From Patescibacteria group bacterium UBA4664 (GTDB taxonomy: Bacteria; Patescibacteriota; Saccharimonadia; CAILAD01; BJGX01): 55,946 bases of DNA. Position numbers and translations under genes: made by a program. The stretch covers positions 1 to 55,946 of the forward strand of contig CALRDO010000001.1 in assembly GCA_943354915.1 (NCBI GenBank), read 5' to 3'. This document shows, one piece after another, positions 55,911 through 55,946 of this stretch (its first letter is position 1; every line of letters begins with the position of its first letter). Under the pieces are notes generated by a model. That model searched no databases and had not been told where the DNA came from. It worked only from the letters and a program-made list of their open reading frames with translations.

Positions 55911-55946
55911 GCCGGGTTACCCAAGCGGTCAACGGGGGCTGACTGT
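55911..55946 (+). tRNA. 5' half of a tRNA, probably tRNA-Tyr (GTA), cut by the window edge
   Basis: GCCGGGT-TA-CCCAAGCGGTCAACGGG-GGCTGA-CTGT closely parallels the 5' half of the E. coli tyrT tRNA as I recall it (CCCGAGCGGCCAAAGGG...GACTGTAAA). The anticodon third base lies beyond the window. Confidence 0.65.

Overview
This 55.9-kb window is a gene-dense, almost entirely plus-strand stretch of core housekeeping genome from a small-genome bacterium. It uses the standard bacterial code: TGA, TAA and TAG all end full-length conserved proteins. Gene order is: a 5'-truncated repeat protein, gatB, an MscS-like channel with three small membrane/YtxH proteins, dnaE, rplS, yraN, nusA, clpC, a small minus-strand ORF, radA, a PIN/TRAM yacL-like gene, a class A PBP (minus strand), tyrS, recG, a PLC-like protein, rsmD and tRNA-Leu(TAG). 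A 465-nt gene-free gap follows, then tig, clpP, rpoB, rpoC, rpsL, rpsG, fusA, tuf, rpsJ and an inserted small membrane protein. The ribosomal cluster continues with rplC through rplO, secY, infA, rpmJ (missed by the ORF track), rpsM, rpsK, rpsD, rpoA, rplQ, rplM and rpsI. The window ends with an RCK-type channel, an RluA-family pseudouridine synthase, holB, a TPR protein, tRNA-Thr(GGT) and the first half of a tRNA-Tyr. Many neighbouring genes are joined by ATGA, TAATG or GTGA overlaps, which suggests translational coupling. Several points fit a Candidate Phyla Radiation/Patescibacteria genome, possibly Saccharibacteria-like. There is no room for rpmD (L30) between rpsE and rplO, no adk or map after secY, nusA lacks rimP and infB neighbours, and several ribosomal proteins carry long low-complexity tails. 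That lineage call is inference only. I found no CRISPR array, transposase or integrase, defence island, secretion system or biosynthetic cluster, so I cannot claim a discrete multi-gene novel system. The most unusual items are listed here. (1) A near-identical 33-aa mTERF-like tandem repeat protein at the 5' edge, coupled to gatB. (2) A recurring -10 hexamer 6-10 nt upstream of the ATG, suggesting leaderless mRNAs. (3) A structured 465-nt non-coding gap after tRNA-Leu. (4) A self-contained membrane-protein transcription unit between rpsJ and rplC. (5) A terminator-containing nusA leader. (6) An orphan minus-strand small ORF with a 12-nt in-frame duplication. (7) An RCK channel with a non-canonical pore sequence. 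(8) Small leader ORFs upstream of tyrS, tuf and rpoB. All promoter, terminator and sORF calls come from reading the sequence by eye and are hypotheses.
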